From a virus: DNA of 64,000 nt. Below are positions 46,313-55,481 of this stretch, in pieces. The notes below the pieces were generated by a model. The model was not told the DNA's origin. It worked only from the letters and a program-made list of their open reading frames with translations, and did no database searches. The number at the start of each line of letters is the position of its first letter. Positions within the stretch are counted from its first letter, which is position 1. Both the position numbers and the translations under genes were made by a program. The DNA lies in IMG/VR virus record IMGVR_UViG_3300036790_000468, positions 32,001 to 96,000 of that record, one strand, 5' to 3'.

Positions 46313-48004
46313 CTACTCCACTCCGACCAGCGCGCCCATCCATGCGGGGGCGTAGTGGACGAGCGTGCCGTACTGGTAGGTGCTGGAGTCGTACGTCATC
46401 TGGATGTCCGGCCAGTCAATGGCCATGTACTCCTGCACGTTGACCGCCGCGACCGGCGCCGGGATCTGCGCGTCCGGGATCGGCAGCGAGACCGACCGGA
46501 CCATCGCGCACCCCGCCGGCATGTAGCGGTGCACCCGGATGTCCACCACGCGGCTCGTGGCCGGGTTGACGTACCCGGTCACGGTCGTCGACATCGTCAC
46601 GCCGGCATCGCCCGTGACCACGTTGGTGCGGTAGCCGGACGCGGCGCCGTTGGTGCCGCCGATCCGCATCAGCTGGTTGAGCTCGGTGCGGATCGCCGCG
46701 GTGAGCCACAGCTCCTCGGGGTCGGCGCCGTTGGCCGTGAACATCGTCGTGAACATCGTGTCGAACTCGACGCCGGGGTTCGCCGTCGAGAGCGTCCCGT
46801 TGATGCGCTTGAAGTACCCGGACTGAGCCGGGTCCGTCAGGATGCTCAAGAAACCGTCGTAGCCGTTCGGGTTCGCCGAGGTGTCGCTCGTCGACGGGTT
46901 GGCGCCCGAGGTGCCCGGCGTCGTGGTGATCGTGACCGAGTTGCCGATGAACGTGCCCTGGAAGTGGGCGTTGGTGGGCCCGGTGGTCGTACCGACGTAG
47001 TACGCGTAGCCGAGCGACCCGGACGGCTCGGTCCCGACCGTGATGGTGATGGCCGACGCGCTGGTCGTCGCACCGGTGTTGACCACGGTCGAGGGCACCG
47101 ACTCGAGTGACCCGCCGCCGGTCGAGGGGCCCGACAGGGCCGTGACGTACACGTAGTACGTCGCGTTCGCGATCGTGGCACCCGAGCCGGAGGCCACCGC
47201 GGTGATGGCGCCCGGCGCGGCGATCGCGCCCTCGTACCCGGTGCCAGAGCCGCGCCCGTAGAGCATGGCGCGCTCCTCGCCGAGCAGGTGCGCCCACAGC
47301 AGCGCCGTGCGGCTCAGCGCCCGCAGGTCGTCGAACCCGAGGCCGGCGAAGAAGGAGACCCAGTCGACCGCGTCGGAGAAACCGAGCTCGACGTAGCCGA
47401 CCGAGTGGGCGTCACCGGTGTAGGTGATCTTCGGCGGCCGGTTCAGGCTCAGACCGCCCCACGTCGACGTGGTCGAGGTCGACGAGAAGAACGGCAGCGC
47501 GCTCGCCGCACCGCCGGCGATACCGGCGTTCGTGTACGACAAGATCCGCTTGAACTGCCGGGCGTTGCCCTGGCCCTTGGGCCGCGGAATGCTGTTGCGC
47601 AGCGGCGTGTCGTGCGGCACCAGCTGCTTCGCCGGCGCTTCGAGGTCGTAGGGCACCAGGCCCTGGACCGTGGCGCCAGAGATGGCGTTGACCGGGCTCG
47701 TCGGAGTCCAGTCCTTCGTGATGTTGGACTTGAGCAGCTCCAGGTCCGCGGCCATCGCCGCGGCCTGGTCCCCGGTCAGGGACTTGGTCAGCGACTCGAG
47801 CGCCGCCGCCATCCGGTTCGGGTCCGCGATCGCCTTGATCAGCGTCTTGGAGTGCCGATCCCAGTGCAGGCGACCGGAGTCGGTCATCGCGAGCGACTCG
47901 GCCATCGCGCCCTTGAAGGCCTCCAGGCGCATCGCCTGCTCGGCCGGGCTGAGGGCGTCCGCGAACATCTGCTCGAGGATGCCCGCCGTCATACGGGAGG
48001 ACAT
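46313..48004 (-). CDS. Major capsid protein with an inserted Fn3/Ig-like domain
   Basis: PYDLEAPAKQLVPHDTPLRNSIPR; EERAMLYG; follows the protease. Confidence 0.85.
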   Translation of the reverse strand: MSSRMTAGILEQMFADALSPAEQAMRLEAFKGAMAESLAMTDSGRLHWDRHSKTLIKAIADPNRMAAALESLTKSLTGDQAAAMAADLELLKSNITKDWTPTSPVNAISGATVQGLVPYDLEAPAKQLVPHDTPLRNSIPRPKGQGNARQFKRILSYTNAGIAGGAASALPFFSSTSTTSTWGGLSLNRPPKITYTGDAHSVGYVELGFSDAVDWVSFFAGLGFDDLRALSRTALLWAHLLGEERAMLYGRGSGTGYEGAIAAPGAITAVASGSGATIANATYYVYVTALSGPSTGGGSLESVPSTVVNTGATTSASAITITVGTEPSGSLGYAYYVGTTTGPTNAHFQGTFIGNSVTITTTPGTSGANPSTSDTSANPNGYDGFLSILTDPAQSGYFKRINGTLSTANPGVEFDTMFTTMFTANGADPEELWLTAAIRTELNQLMRIGGTNGAASGYRTNVVTGDAGVTMSTTVTGYVNPATSRVVDIRVHRYMPAGCAMVRSVSLPIPDAQIPAPVAAVNVQEYMAIDWPDIQMTYDSSTYQYGTLVHYAPAWMGALVGVE

Positions 48005-48046
48005 TTCGGGGTGCTCCGGCCGCGTGGCACGCGGCGTCGGGCTACG

Positions 48047-49846
48047 TCAGGAGGAGGATCCGGCCGTCTCTTCGGCCAGCGCCATGTAGGCCCGCCGGAT
48101 CGAGGGGTCACCGGTCTGCTGGGCGACGGACCGGTAGTAGGCCGCCTTGGTCAGGGTCTCGGGCTCCCGGCTCGGCGCCGTATCCGGCGCGATCAGCACG
48201 GGTCCGCCGGGAATCGGCGTGTCCAAGACCGTCTTCAGCTGGGTGCTGAGCGCCTCGATGCGCTCCTCCTGCTCCCGCTTGGTCTCGGTCAGCGCGGTCA
48301 CCGACTTGCTGAGGTCTGCGACCATCTTCACCAGATCGGTACCGCTCTGATCACCGATGGTAGCGCCGGTGGGGTCTACGGGGGAAGTACCTGCCGCCTT
48401 GGCCGCTGTGGCGGCTGTGGTGACGGCTTCCGCGTTGGGCTGAGCGCCACCGCTCATCTTCTTCGCCTTCTTCCGTGCCGCCTTCCGGGCGGCCTTGTCC
48501 CGATCGGCCTGCGCGGCATCGGCGATCGCCTGCGCGCCGTCGCCGGGCCCACCGGGCATGTTCTTGATGTCGTCGCCCCCGGAGTCCGGAGTCGGCGCGG
48601 GCCTGGTCGCGGTCGCCGCACCGATAGCACCCGCTACCCCGGACGGGCCGCCCGAGGCTCCCTTCGCGGTGTCCGAGCCGCCGGCCCAGTCGTCCGGCAG
48701 GAGGTTGGTGGCGCCCAGGGCCTTGGCGCGGGCGATGAGGTGTGCCTTGGCCTTGGCCTTGTCGCCGGTGTAGTTGCCCAGCCGGCCGACAGCCGAGCGC
48801 AAGTGGTCCCTGTCCGGGATTGGGAAATCACCGTTGGGCATGGCCACGCCCGACTTCGCGTATGCCCGGCGCTGCGCTGCGGTGAAGCTCTTGAAAAGGT
48901 CGGCTTCGACGTCCAGGCCGATGTAGACGATCGGGGCGCCGTCCTCGTCGAAGTCGTAGGGCTCGTCTGGATCGTCCGCCGCGGCCTGCTCGTTCTGCAG
49001 CCAGCACGTCACCGCGCTCACGGCCTGCAACAGGATCCGGATGTCGCAGGCCTCGTCCAAATACCCGGCGGCGAGCTCCTCGGCCTCGTTGCAGATGAGC
49101 TGACCGAGCAGCCGCATCACGGCCTTCCCGCCCGCGATGTCCGGCGCCTCGTCCTGCAGCCCGTCGGGCGCGACGGCCTTGATCGCGTCCTGGGGCAGGA
49201 GCGCGATGGCGCCGGCCCGGTCGCGCACTGCTGCCTTGCCGGCGACGGCGAGCGCGAGCTCCCGGTCAAAGGCTGGCGCGGTTGGCTCCGCGCCCTGCGG
49301 GTCGTCGACCATGGCCGCCTTCGCGAGGTCCCCGGCCTCGGCCGGCTCCCCGCTCTCGGGCTCGGCCTCGACCGGGGCCAGCTCGCTCGAGCCCTTGGCC
49401 GCCTTGGCGATCGCGACAGTAGCGGTCGGGTTGCACGGCCGGTCGACCAGGCTGAGCTCGACGATCGTGCCACCGACGATCCGCCCGCCCGGCGCGTCCG
49501 CGTCCTTGACCACGCGCGCGTTCCGGATCCCGATCGAGTAACCCTTGTACGTGCCGGTCTCGACCTTGTGCGCCGACTCGCGGTCGGTGATCAGGGACTT
49601 GACGAACCAGTCCTCACCCGACTGGCTCGTCTCGATACCGACACCGGCAGCGACGGGCCCGTGCATGGCGCGAAGGTTGCTCCAGCGGGCCCAGTCCGGC
49701 ATCGCCGACTTGAGCCACCCCGGGTCGCACACCTGCTCGTCCAGGTCAAGGTCCGGGCCCGTGGCCTTGCCGAACACCACGAGGTCGCCCTCGTCGGTGC
49801 GCTCGAACTTGACGATCTCGCCGGCAAAGGCGTGCACAAGCGACAC
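48047..49846 (-). CDS. Prohead protease/scaffold fusion
   Basis: DLDLDEQ...NLRAMH...YKGYSIG...ELSLVDRPCNP; acidic and coiled-coil scaffold region. Confidence 0.88.
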   Translation of the reverse strand: MSLVHAFAGEIVKFERTDEGDLVVFGKATGPDLDLDEQVCDPGWLKSAMPDWARWSNLRAMHGPVAAGVGIETSQSGEDWFVKSLITDRESAHKVETGTYKGYSIGIRNARVVKDADAPGGRIVGGTIVELSLVDRPCNPTATVAIAKAAKGSSELAPVEAEPESGEPAEAGDLAKAAMVDDPQGAEPTAPAFDRELALAVAGKAAVRDRAGAIALLPQDAIKAVAPDGLQDEAPDIAGGKAVMRLLGQLICNEAEELAAGYLDEACDIRILLQAVSAVTCWLQNEQAAADDPDEPYDFDEDGAPIVYIGLDVEADLFKSFTAAQRRAYAKSGVAMPNGDFPIPDRDHLRSAVGRLGNYTGDKAKAKAHLIARAKALGATNLLPDDWAGGSDTAKGASGGPSGVAGAIGAATATRPAPTPDSGGDDIKNMPGGPGDGAQAIADAAQADRDKAARKAARKKAKKMSGGAQPNAEAVTTAATAAKAAGTSPVDPTGATIGDQSGTDLVKMVADLSKSVTALTETKREQEERIEALSTQLKTVLDTPIPGGPVLIAPDTAPSREPETLTKAAYYRSVAQQTGDPSIRRAYMALAEETAGSSS

Positions 49847-49880
49847 GGTCGCCTCCTCGCCGCGCTCGGCGGCCGATGGG

Positions 49881-50657
49881 TCAGGGTCGTGCTGGGTTGA
49901 GCACCGGCAGCAGCGCGCACCGGTCGTTCGGGTGGATCGGGGGCGCCGCGTCCCCGGACGGGAACGCCATGCCAACCTGGATGGCGCCTGCGGCCGCGTT
50001 CTCGTCGCAGGCCTTGCACACCCGCTCGTCCTCCGCAGTGGCCCAGAGGTGCTCGCGGATCCCAGCGCGCTGGTAGGCCGCGACGGTCGCCGCGGACTGC
50101 GCGGCGACGAGCTCGGTCAGCGCGAGCCGGTAGGCGCGGTCCGGATCCTCGAGGAACGCGTAGAACCGCGCCTTGATCTGGTCGGCGCCTTCGCCGCGGG
50201 CGACCGCGTCCGCCATGATCCGCGCCAGGGCCCGCAGGCGGGTGTTGGCGAGCTGCGCGGCCATGCTCTCCGCGCGGGCCTCGAACTGCCGGTACGCCGC
50301 GTCGTCCCCGATCGACTCGAGCAGGCGCCGGGTGACGCCCTGCTCGGTGCCCGGGCGCCACCCGCCCCAGTTCACAGAGTTCACCCCGTCGAGCGCTGCG
50401 GCCGCGGAGCGTACCCCGATCCAGTAGCCGTCCGCGTAGATCGCAGCGAGCAGCGGGGCGAGGATCGCGGCCAGGTGCAGCGCGACGCCGTGCGAGGCGA
50501 GAAACATCCCGAACGAGGCGATCCGCCCGCCCTCGAACGCGGGCCCGGGGACGGTCGGCTGGCCGAGCTCGGCGATCGCCGCGCCGGTGAGGAATCCGAG
50601 GTCGAGCGCCGCGAGGGCGGCGGTGATCTCAGCTGCCCAGTGCTGGGCGGCCTTCAC
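49881..50657 (-). CDS. MuF-like minor head protein
   Basis: WATAEDERVCKAC...FPSG...PPIHPNDRC. Confidence 0.85.
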   Translation of the reverse strand: MKAAQHWAAEITAALAALDLGFLTGAAIAELGQPTVPGPAFEGGRIASFGMFLASHGVALHLAAILAPLLAAIYADGYWIGVRSAAAALDGVNSVNWGGWRPGTEQGVTRRLLESIGDDAAYRQFEARAESMAAQLANTRLRALARIMADAVARGEGADQIKARFYAFLEDPDRAYRLALTELVAAQSAATVAAYQRAGIREHLWATAEDERVCKACDENAAAGAIQVGMAFPSGDAAPPIHPNDRCALLPVLNPARP

Positions 50658-53254
50658 ATCGACGCTGTGGCCGGCCCATCGCCGGCGCCCGCTTTTGGGC
50701 CCGGATCAGCGTCCTTACCGAAGACCGCGGTCACACCGACCGCGTCGGGCGCGACGATCCCCGCGTCCAGCGCCTGGTCGGTGAGCAGGTGCTCGAAGCG
50801 GAACGCCCGCTCGTGCGCCGCGGCGCCGCCCTTGGCCAGCCACCGCTGATAGGTGCTCGCCTCGGCCCAGCCCTCCGGGCTGATCGCCTTGTGGCTGGCC
50901 CGGGTGTCCTCGTCCTCGGTGGGGTGCTTGGGTTCGGGCCCGGAAGGGCTCGTGAGCTGCTGGTTGTGCAGCGTGTCCCACGGGCCGATCTCGGCATGGA
51001 CCTGGCCGACCCAGGCGAGCGCGGGCCGGCCGAGGTTGCGGAACGCGCTGGAACGGTGGTGGCCGTCGACCACGATGTCCTGCTCGCCGTGCGGGGTGCG
51101 CACGAGGATGATCGGGCTCTGTTTGCCCCTCTTGATCCGCTTCTCGAACCGGGCGACCTTCTCCGGCTCGTGCGCGGCCCGCCACGTGTCAGCGTTAGAA
51201 AAATCAATCTGGCGCAACGGCACCTCGACCGGGCCGCGCCAGTCCGCCTTGAGCACCCACCCGAGCGCGGAGCGCGGGTAGTCCGCCAGCAGCTGGTCGA
51301 ACACCGCGTGCGCGGCCTCGGCGCCGGACAGTACCTGGTCAACGGTGGCGCCCTTCGCTGCGGCGGAGGCCTTGGCCGGCTTGCCCTTCCCCGCCTTCGC
51401 CGGCTTTCCCGGCTTCGGCGCCTTCGGGCCCTTCCCGGTAGTGGGAGCGGCGTCTGACGACGCGCCAGCGCTGCGGGTCGGGGCCGGCTGGGCGGGCTGC
51501 CCGGGGTTGTCGCTGGCCGGTGGGGCGCCGGGGGTGTCCTCCTCCGGGCTCGCGCTGCCGGGGGCTGCACCGGCTTCGGGGCCGCCGGAGCCGGGGGGTG
51601 CCTGGGCAGGCTCGATGAGCATCCCGGGCGGCGCGGTCTCCGACGCGCCCTCCAGGAAAACTACGCCGCGTGCGGTCTGCAGCTGAGGCATGTCAGCCTC
51701 TTTAAACGCGTAGCGTGGCTTGCCCTGCCGGTCGCGGTCCTCGTTAATCGTCAGGCGCCCGGATTGGACCCGGTTCTGCGCCACCTCGTCCTGCGCGGCC
51801 TCGTCCTCGGACTCGAGTCCGAGGAATCGGAAGGTCAGCTCGGACGGCGCGTTGAGAAACGCCTGGGAGAGTTCGACGATGATCTCTTGGAGGGCCTCGG
51901 TCGTCGGCCTGGTGCCGATCCGGTACTGGATGTCCTCCTGGCCCTCGTGGAAGCCCGTCGAGCCCAGGCCTCCGGGCTCCTGGAACCCGAGCTCGGAGCT
52001 CATCAGGTCAAAGAACCCTGCGACCATTTTGATCAAGTGGAGGTCGTAGTCCGGCTTGTACTGCGACTCCAGGCTCGACGGGAGGACCGGCTTGAACCCC
52101 TTCGGCGGGATGACCACGCGCTGGCGGGCCGCGGTGTTCCCGGCCAGCTCGTCGTTGAGGTCCGCCTGCCACTGCCTGCGCTGGAGCAGGGTCAACTGCT
52201 CGCCGTTGTAGTCCGGCACGAGCCACGCGCGCGGGATCACCCCGTCGTCGTACTCCGAGAGCATCCAGCCCTGCCGGCGCAGGTACAGGCGCGCGGAGAC
52301 CAGCGCCTGCTCGACCGGCGGAAGCCCGTACGGCGACCCCTTCGGGCGCGGGTTCTCCCGGTGGTAGTAGAGCTGGTCGCCGATGTACGCGTTCGGGACG
52401 ACGATGCCCTGCGCGGTGCGCTCGAGCGTAGGTGTGAACTCGCCGCGGGGGAATCCGTAGAGCTCCTGCTGGTACGCGGGGTGCGGGGCGACCGGGAGCG
52501 CGCCGCGGTTGTCGCGTAGCGGCTTGATCGTGTCCCCGGAGATGATCTCCAGGTCGGTCACCGTGCGCCCGTAGGTCATCCGCGGGTAGACAGCGACCGC
52601 GTCCAGGGCGAGGTGGTCTTCGAGCAGGGCGTTGACCCACACGCCGAAGCTCATGTTGTTCGACTTCCAGGGCTTGCGCCAGAACTCGGTCAGTCGGCCG
52701 ATCTCCGGCTGCAGGCGCTGGCGCAGCTCGTACTCGACGTCGTCGCGAGAGGCGGTGCCGCGCGGGTGCGCGCCCATCGCGACCTCGATCGCGTCATCCG
52801 AGATCACCCACGCCCACCGCAAGCCTCGGATGTGCTTTTTGCGCAGCTGAATGCACCTGCGGATGATGTCGACATTCATCGACGCGCCGCGCAGCACGTG
52901 CCAGGGCAGCGGGCGCCCGGAGCCCGGGAGGTTGGCTCCGACGTCGTACTCGTCGATGCGCGGCTCCGGCCGCCCCGAACCGTCCGGGCGCGCCGGGTCG
53001 AGCGGCGCCGGAATCAGCGGGTGCATCGGGCCGAACGGCACGAGGTCCATCGGGTCGCGCGGCATCGCGCGCATCCCGTACATGCCCTCGCGCGGGATCT
53101 GGCCGGCGCCGGTGAGCGTGTTGATCGCGTCGAGCGCGCTCATCATCGCCGGCGCCGTCGCCGAGCGGTGGCTTGCGGCCGCGGCCCGCTGGGCGAGCGC
53201 GGGCGAAACCGACTTCCCCGCGATCCGGCTGCGGACCCGCGTGAGCACGCTCAT
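50654..53254 (-). CDS. Portal protein with a C-terminal ParB/Srx-like domain
   Basis: DIIRRCI, LDAVAVY, SGDTIKP, PYGLPPVEQ, LTINEDR; C-terminal PIILV...VVDGHHR. Confidence 0.88.
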   Translation of the reverse strand: MSVLTRVRSRIAGKSVSPALAQRAAAASHRSATAPAMMSALDAINTLTGAGQIPREGMYGMRAMPRDPMDLVPFGPMHPLIPAPLDPARPDGSGRPEPRIDEYDVGANLPGSGRPLPWHVLRGASMNVDIIRRCIQLRKKHIRGLRWAWVISDDAIEVAMGAHPRGTASRDDVEYELRQRLQPEIGRLTEFWRKPWKSNNMSFGVWVNALLEDHLALDAVAVYPRMTYGRTVTDLEIISGDTIKPLRDNRGALPVAPHPAYQQELYGFPRGEFTPTLERTAQGIVVPNAYIGDQLYYHRENPRPKGSPYGLPPVEQALVSARLYLRRQGWMLSEYDDGVIPRAWLVPDYNGEQLTLLQRRQWQADLNDELAGNTAARQRVVIPPKGFKPVLPSSLESQYKPDYDLHLIKMVAGFFDLMSSELGFQEPGGLGSTGFHEGQEDIQYRIGTRPTTEALQEIIVELSQAFLNAPSELTFRFLGLESEDEAAQDEVAQNRVQSGRLTINEDRDRQGKPRYAFKEADMPQLQTARGVVFLEGASETAPPGMLIEPAQAPPGSGGPEAGAAPGSASPEEDTPGAPPASDNPGQPAQPAPTRSAGASSDAAPTTGKGPKAPKPGKPAKAGKGKPAKASAAAKGATVDQVLSGAEAAHAVFDQLLADYPRSALGWVLKADWRGPVEVPLRQIDFSNADTWRAAHEPEKVARFEKRIKRGKQSPIILVRTPHGEQDIVVDGHHRSSAFRNLGRPALAWVGQVHAEIGPWDTLHNQQLTSPSGPEPKHPTEDEDTRASHKAISPEGWAEASTYQRWLAKGGAAAHERAFRFEHLLTDQALDAGIVAPDAVGVTAVFGKDADPGPKAGAGDGPATASM

Positions 53255-53433
53255 GCGGGCCTCGCCGTCGGCCGGGTCGTGCGACCGGCTTCGATCGGCC
53301 GGCGGGCCCCCCCGCAGGCCGGGCACACCCAGACCACCGGGCCGCCGGTGCGCGAGCGCCGGGCCTCAGGGGCCTGCTGGGACGGGCAGTGCTCGCAGTA
53401 TGCGAACCACGGCAGGGGGCTCTTCTTCGCCAT
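53251..53433 (-). CDS. Small zinc-ribbon protein
   Basis: CEHC...WVCPACG; fills the terL-portal gap. Confidence 0.55.
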   Translation of the reverse strand: MAKKSPLPWFAYCEHCPSQQAPEARRSRTGGPVVWVCPACGGARRPIEAGRTTRPTARPA

Positions 53434-53436
53434 CGG

Positions 53437-54981
53437 TTACCCGCCTCCCTTACTCGCGGCCAGCTCGCTCATGTACTCGTCGGTCTCGGCGAAGTGGACG
53501 TAGAACCTCGCGAGCGCCTGGGTGGTCGCATCGACCCGGTCGTCGTGGCTCGCCCGCGGGAAACTGCAGAGCTCTTCGACGTAGTCGCCGATCCAGGGCG
53601 CCAGGGAGGGGTGCGGGAGGTGGACGTTGCGGGCCTCGAACAGCGGGCTCACGGCGTGCGCGCGGGCGAGCTTGGAGTCGACCGGGGTGATCGGGATCAG
53701 GCCCGGCACTTTGCGCCTCAATGTATTGATGACGGCGGGGCCGTTGGCCTTGTCCTCTACGAGGATCGCGATGGACTGCGGCCACTTGTGGTGCAGGGCC
53801 TCTGTGGCCTGGCAGGTGCTGGTGAAATCCAGTCGGTCATAGACCTGGTCGAGCAGGAAGCAGTCCGCGCCCCGCCGGCCCCACACCTGGCCGCACACGA
53901 AGTCCGAGCCATCGGTGTCCTTGAACGCCATGTCCCAGCTGGTGATCACCGAGTCCACGCCGAGAGCGCGCCAGGCTCCGTCCGGCATCTGGACGCAGCG
54001 CGGCTCCTCGTAGAACACGATGTGCTCGCGCTTGAAGACCGCGCCCTCACCCGGCGAGGGGCGGCCCTGATACAGCGCGTTGAAACCGCGCGCGCCGACC
54101 TGCCGGCGGATGCGCTCCCACATCCGGCGCGTGCGCAGCCGCGCGGAGCGCAGCCAGGTCCCCGGTTCCCGGCCGAGCGGGTCGGACTCGCCTTCCTCCG
54201 GCTTGTGGTCGGCCAGGGCCGGGATGTTGATGTGCGTCCACTCCTCGGCGGATTCCGAGGCGAGCAGTCGGCCGGCGAGATCATCCTCATGCCAGCGGGT
54301 CATCAGCAGCACGACGGAGCTGCCGGGGCCCAGCCGGGTCGCGCCGACCTCGGTCCACCAGGCCCACGCGTTCTCGCGGTAGGTCTCCGAGTCGGCCTCG
54401 GCGCGGCCCTTGACCGGGTCGTCGATGATCATGACATCGACGGGGCGCCCCGTCAGGGCGCCGCCGATGCCGACGGTGACGACGCCGCCCTGGTGGCCTT
54501 CGAGCTGCCACTCCTGCGCCGCGGAGGTGTCGCGCCGCACGGACAGGCCGAGCTCGGGGTGGCTCCAGATGTCGTTGCGGATCGCCCGGCCCCAGCGGCG
54601 CGCGATCCCCGCCTCGTAGGAGACGATCGCGATCCGCAACTCCGGATTGTGCAACAACAGCCACAGGGGAAAGGACCTTGATACTCTCTGGCTCTTGCCC
54701 TCCTGCGGGGGCATCGTCCAGATCAGCCGGTCCAGCGATCCGTCGTGGACCTTCCGGAGGTGCTCGTCGAGCAGTTCGAGCGCCTCGGTCTCGATCATCC
54801 GGAAATCGAGCCGCTTGGCCAGCGCGCCCGGGGTGGGCAGCGCGGCCGCCGAGCGCCGGCGCGCCTCGTCGCGCTCCCGGGCCCGCAGGACCCGGACGGC
54901 CTCGAGCTTCTGGAGGCGGCTAGGCTTCGGGCTCGCCGTAGGCCGCGACGAGGCGGGCGTACTCAGCGTCGAGGGCGTCAT
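53437..54981 (-). CDS. terL: Terminase large subunit (virion operon copy)
   Basis: LIWTMPPQEGKS, LTGRPVDVMIIDDP, MTRWHEDDL, SWDMAFK, HDDRVDA. Confidence 0.93.
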   Translation of the reverse strand: MTPSTLSTPASSRPTASPKPSRLQKLEAVRVLRARERDEARRRSAAALPTPGALAKRLDFRMIETEALELLDEHLRKVHDGSLDRLIWTMPPQEGKSQRVSRSFPLWLLLHNPELRIAIVSYEAGIARRWGRAIRNDIWSHPELGLSVRRDTSAAQEWQLEGHQGGVVTVGIGGALTGRPVDVMIIDDPVKGRAEADSETYRENAWAWWTEVGATRLGPGSSVVLLMTRWHEDDLAGRLLASESAEEWTHINIPALADHKPEEGESDPLGREPGTWLRSARLRTRRMWERIRRQVGARGFNALYQGRPSPGEGAVFKREHIVFYEEPRCVQMPDGAWRALGVDSVITSWDMAFKDTDGSDFVCGQVWGRRGADCFLLDQVYDRLDFTSTCQATEALHHKWPQSIAILVEDKANGPAVINTLRRKVPGLIPITPVDSKLARAHAVSPLFEARNVHLPHPSLAPWIGDYVEELCSFPRASHDDRVDATTQALARFYVHFAETDEYMSELAASKGGG

Positions 54982-55432
54982 CGCTGATCCCCCCTGCAGC
55001 AGCCGGCTCCGTTCCCGGGTTGAGCTTCGCGACCCGCTCCTGGATCTTGACCATGCGGTCGATAGCGGCGTACCGCGGCGCGTAGTCGATCTTGAATGAG
55101 CCGTCCGGGTTCAACATCAACTTCCCGGCCTGGCTGTGCTCGTAGTGCACAGCCTCGAGAGCCTCCATCGCTTTCTCGGTCATGATCTCGAGTTGCAGCA
55201 TCTGCACCGCGCGCAGATCCTCGGCCGCCTCAGCCGGGATCGCGGCCAGCGCCGCGTTCACCGCCCGGCGGGCGTTGTGCCGGTCCCCGTACCCGAGCTC
55301 CTCGGCAATCCGCGGATATGAGATGCCGCGCGCCTTCATCCGGCAGGCCTCGGCGTCGCGCTCGGCGCTCTCCGGCGTGCGGGTATAGCGGCCGATCGAG
55401 TCACGGCCTTTGAGACCGCTGGTCTCGGTCAT
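54920..55432 (-). CDS. terS: Terminase small subunit (HTH)
   Basis: GISYPRIAEELGY; AIDRMVKIQERVAKL; overlaps terL. Confidence 0.8.
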   Translation of the reverse strand: MTETSGLKGRDSIGRYTRTPESAERDAEACRMKARGISYPRIAEELGYGDRHNARRAVNAALAAIPAEAAEDLRAVQMLQLEIMTEKAMEALEAVHYEHSQAGKLMLNPDGSFKIDYAPRYAAIDRMVKIQERVAKLNPGTEPAAAGGISDDALDAEYARLVAAYGEPEA

Positions 55433-55481
55433 GGCTGCCTCCCTCTCCGGCGGGGATGACGACGTGCGTGCCAGACGCTCG

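Noticed and set aside
55436-55462. CTCTCCGGCGGGGATGAC as another CRISPR-like repeat
   Set aside because: Stem is poor, the copy is isolated and it overlaps the terS ribosome-binding region.
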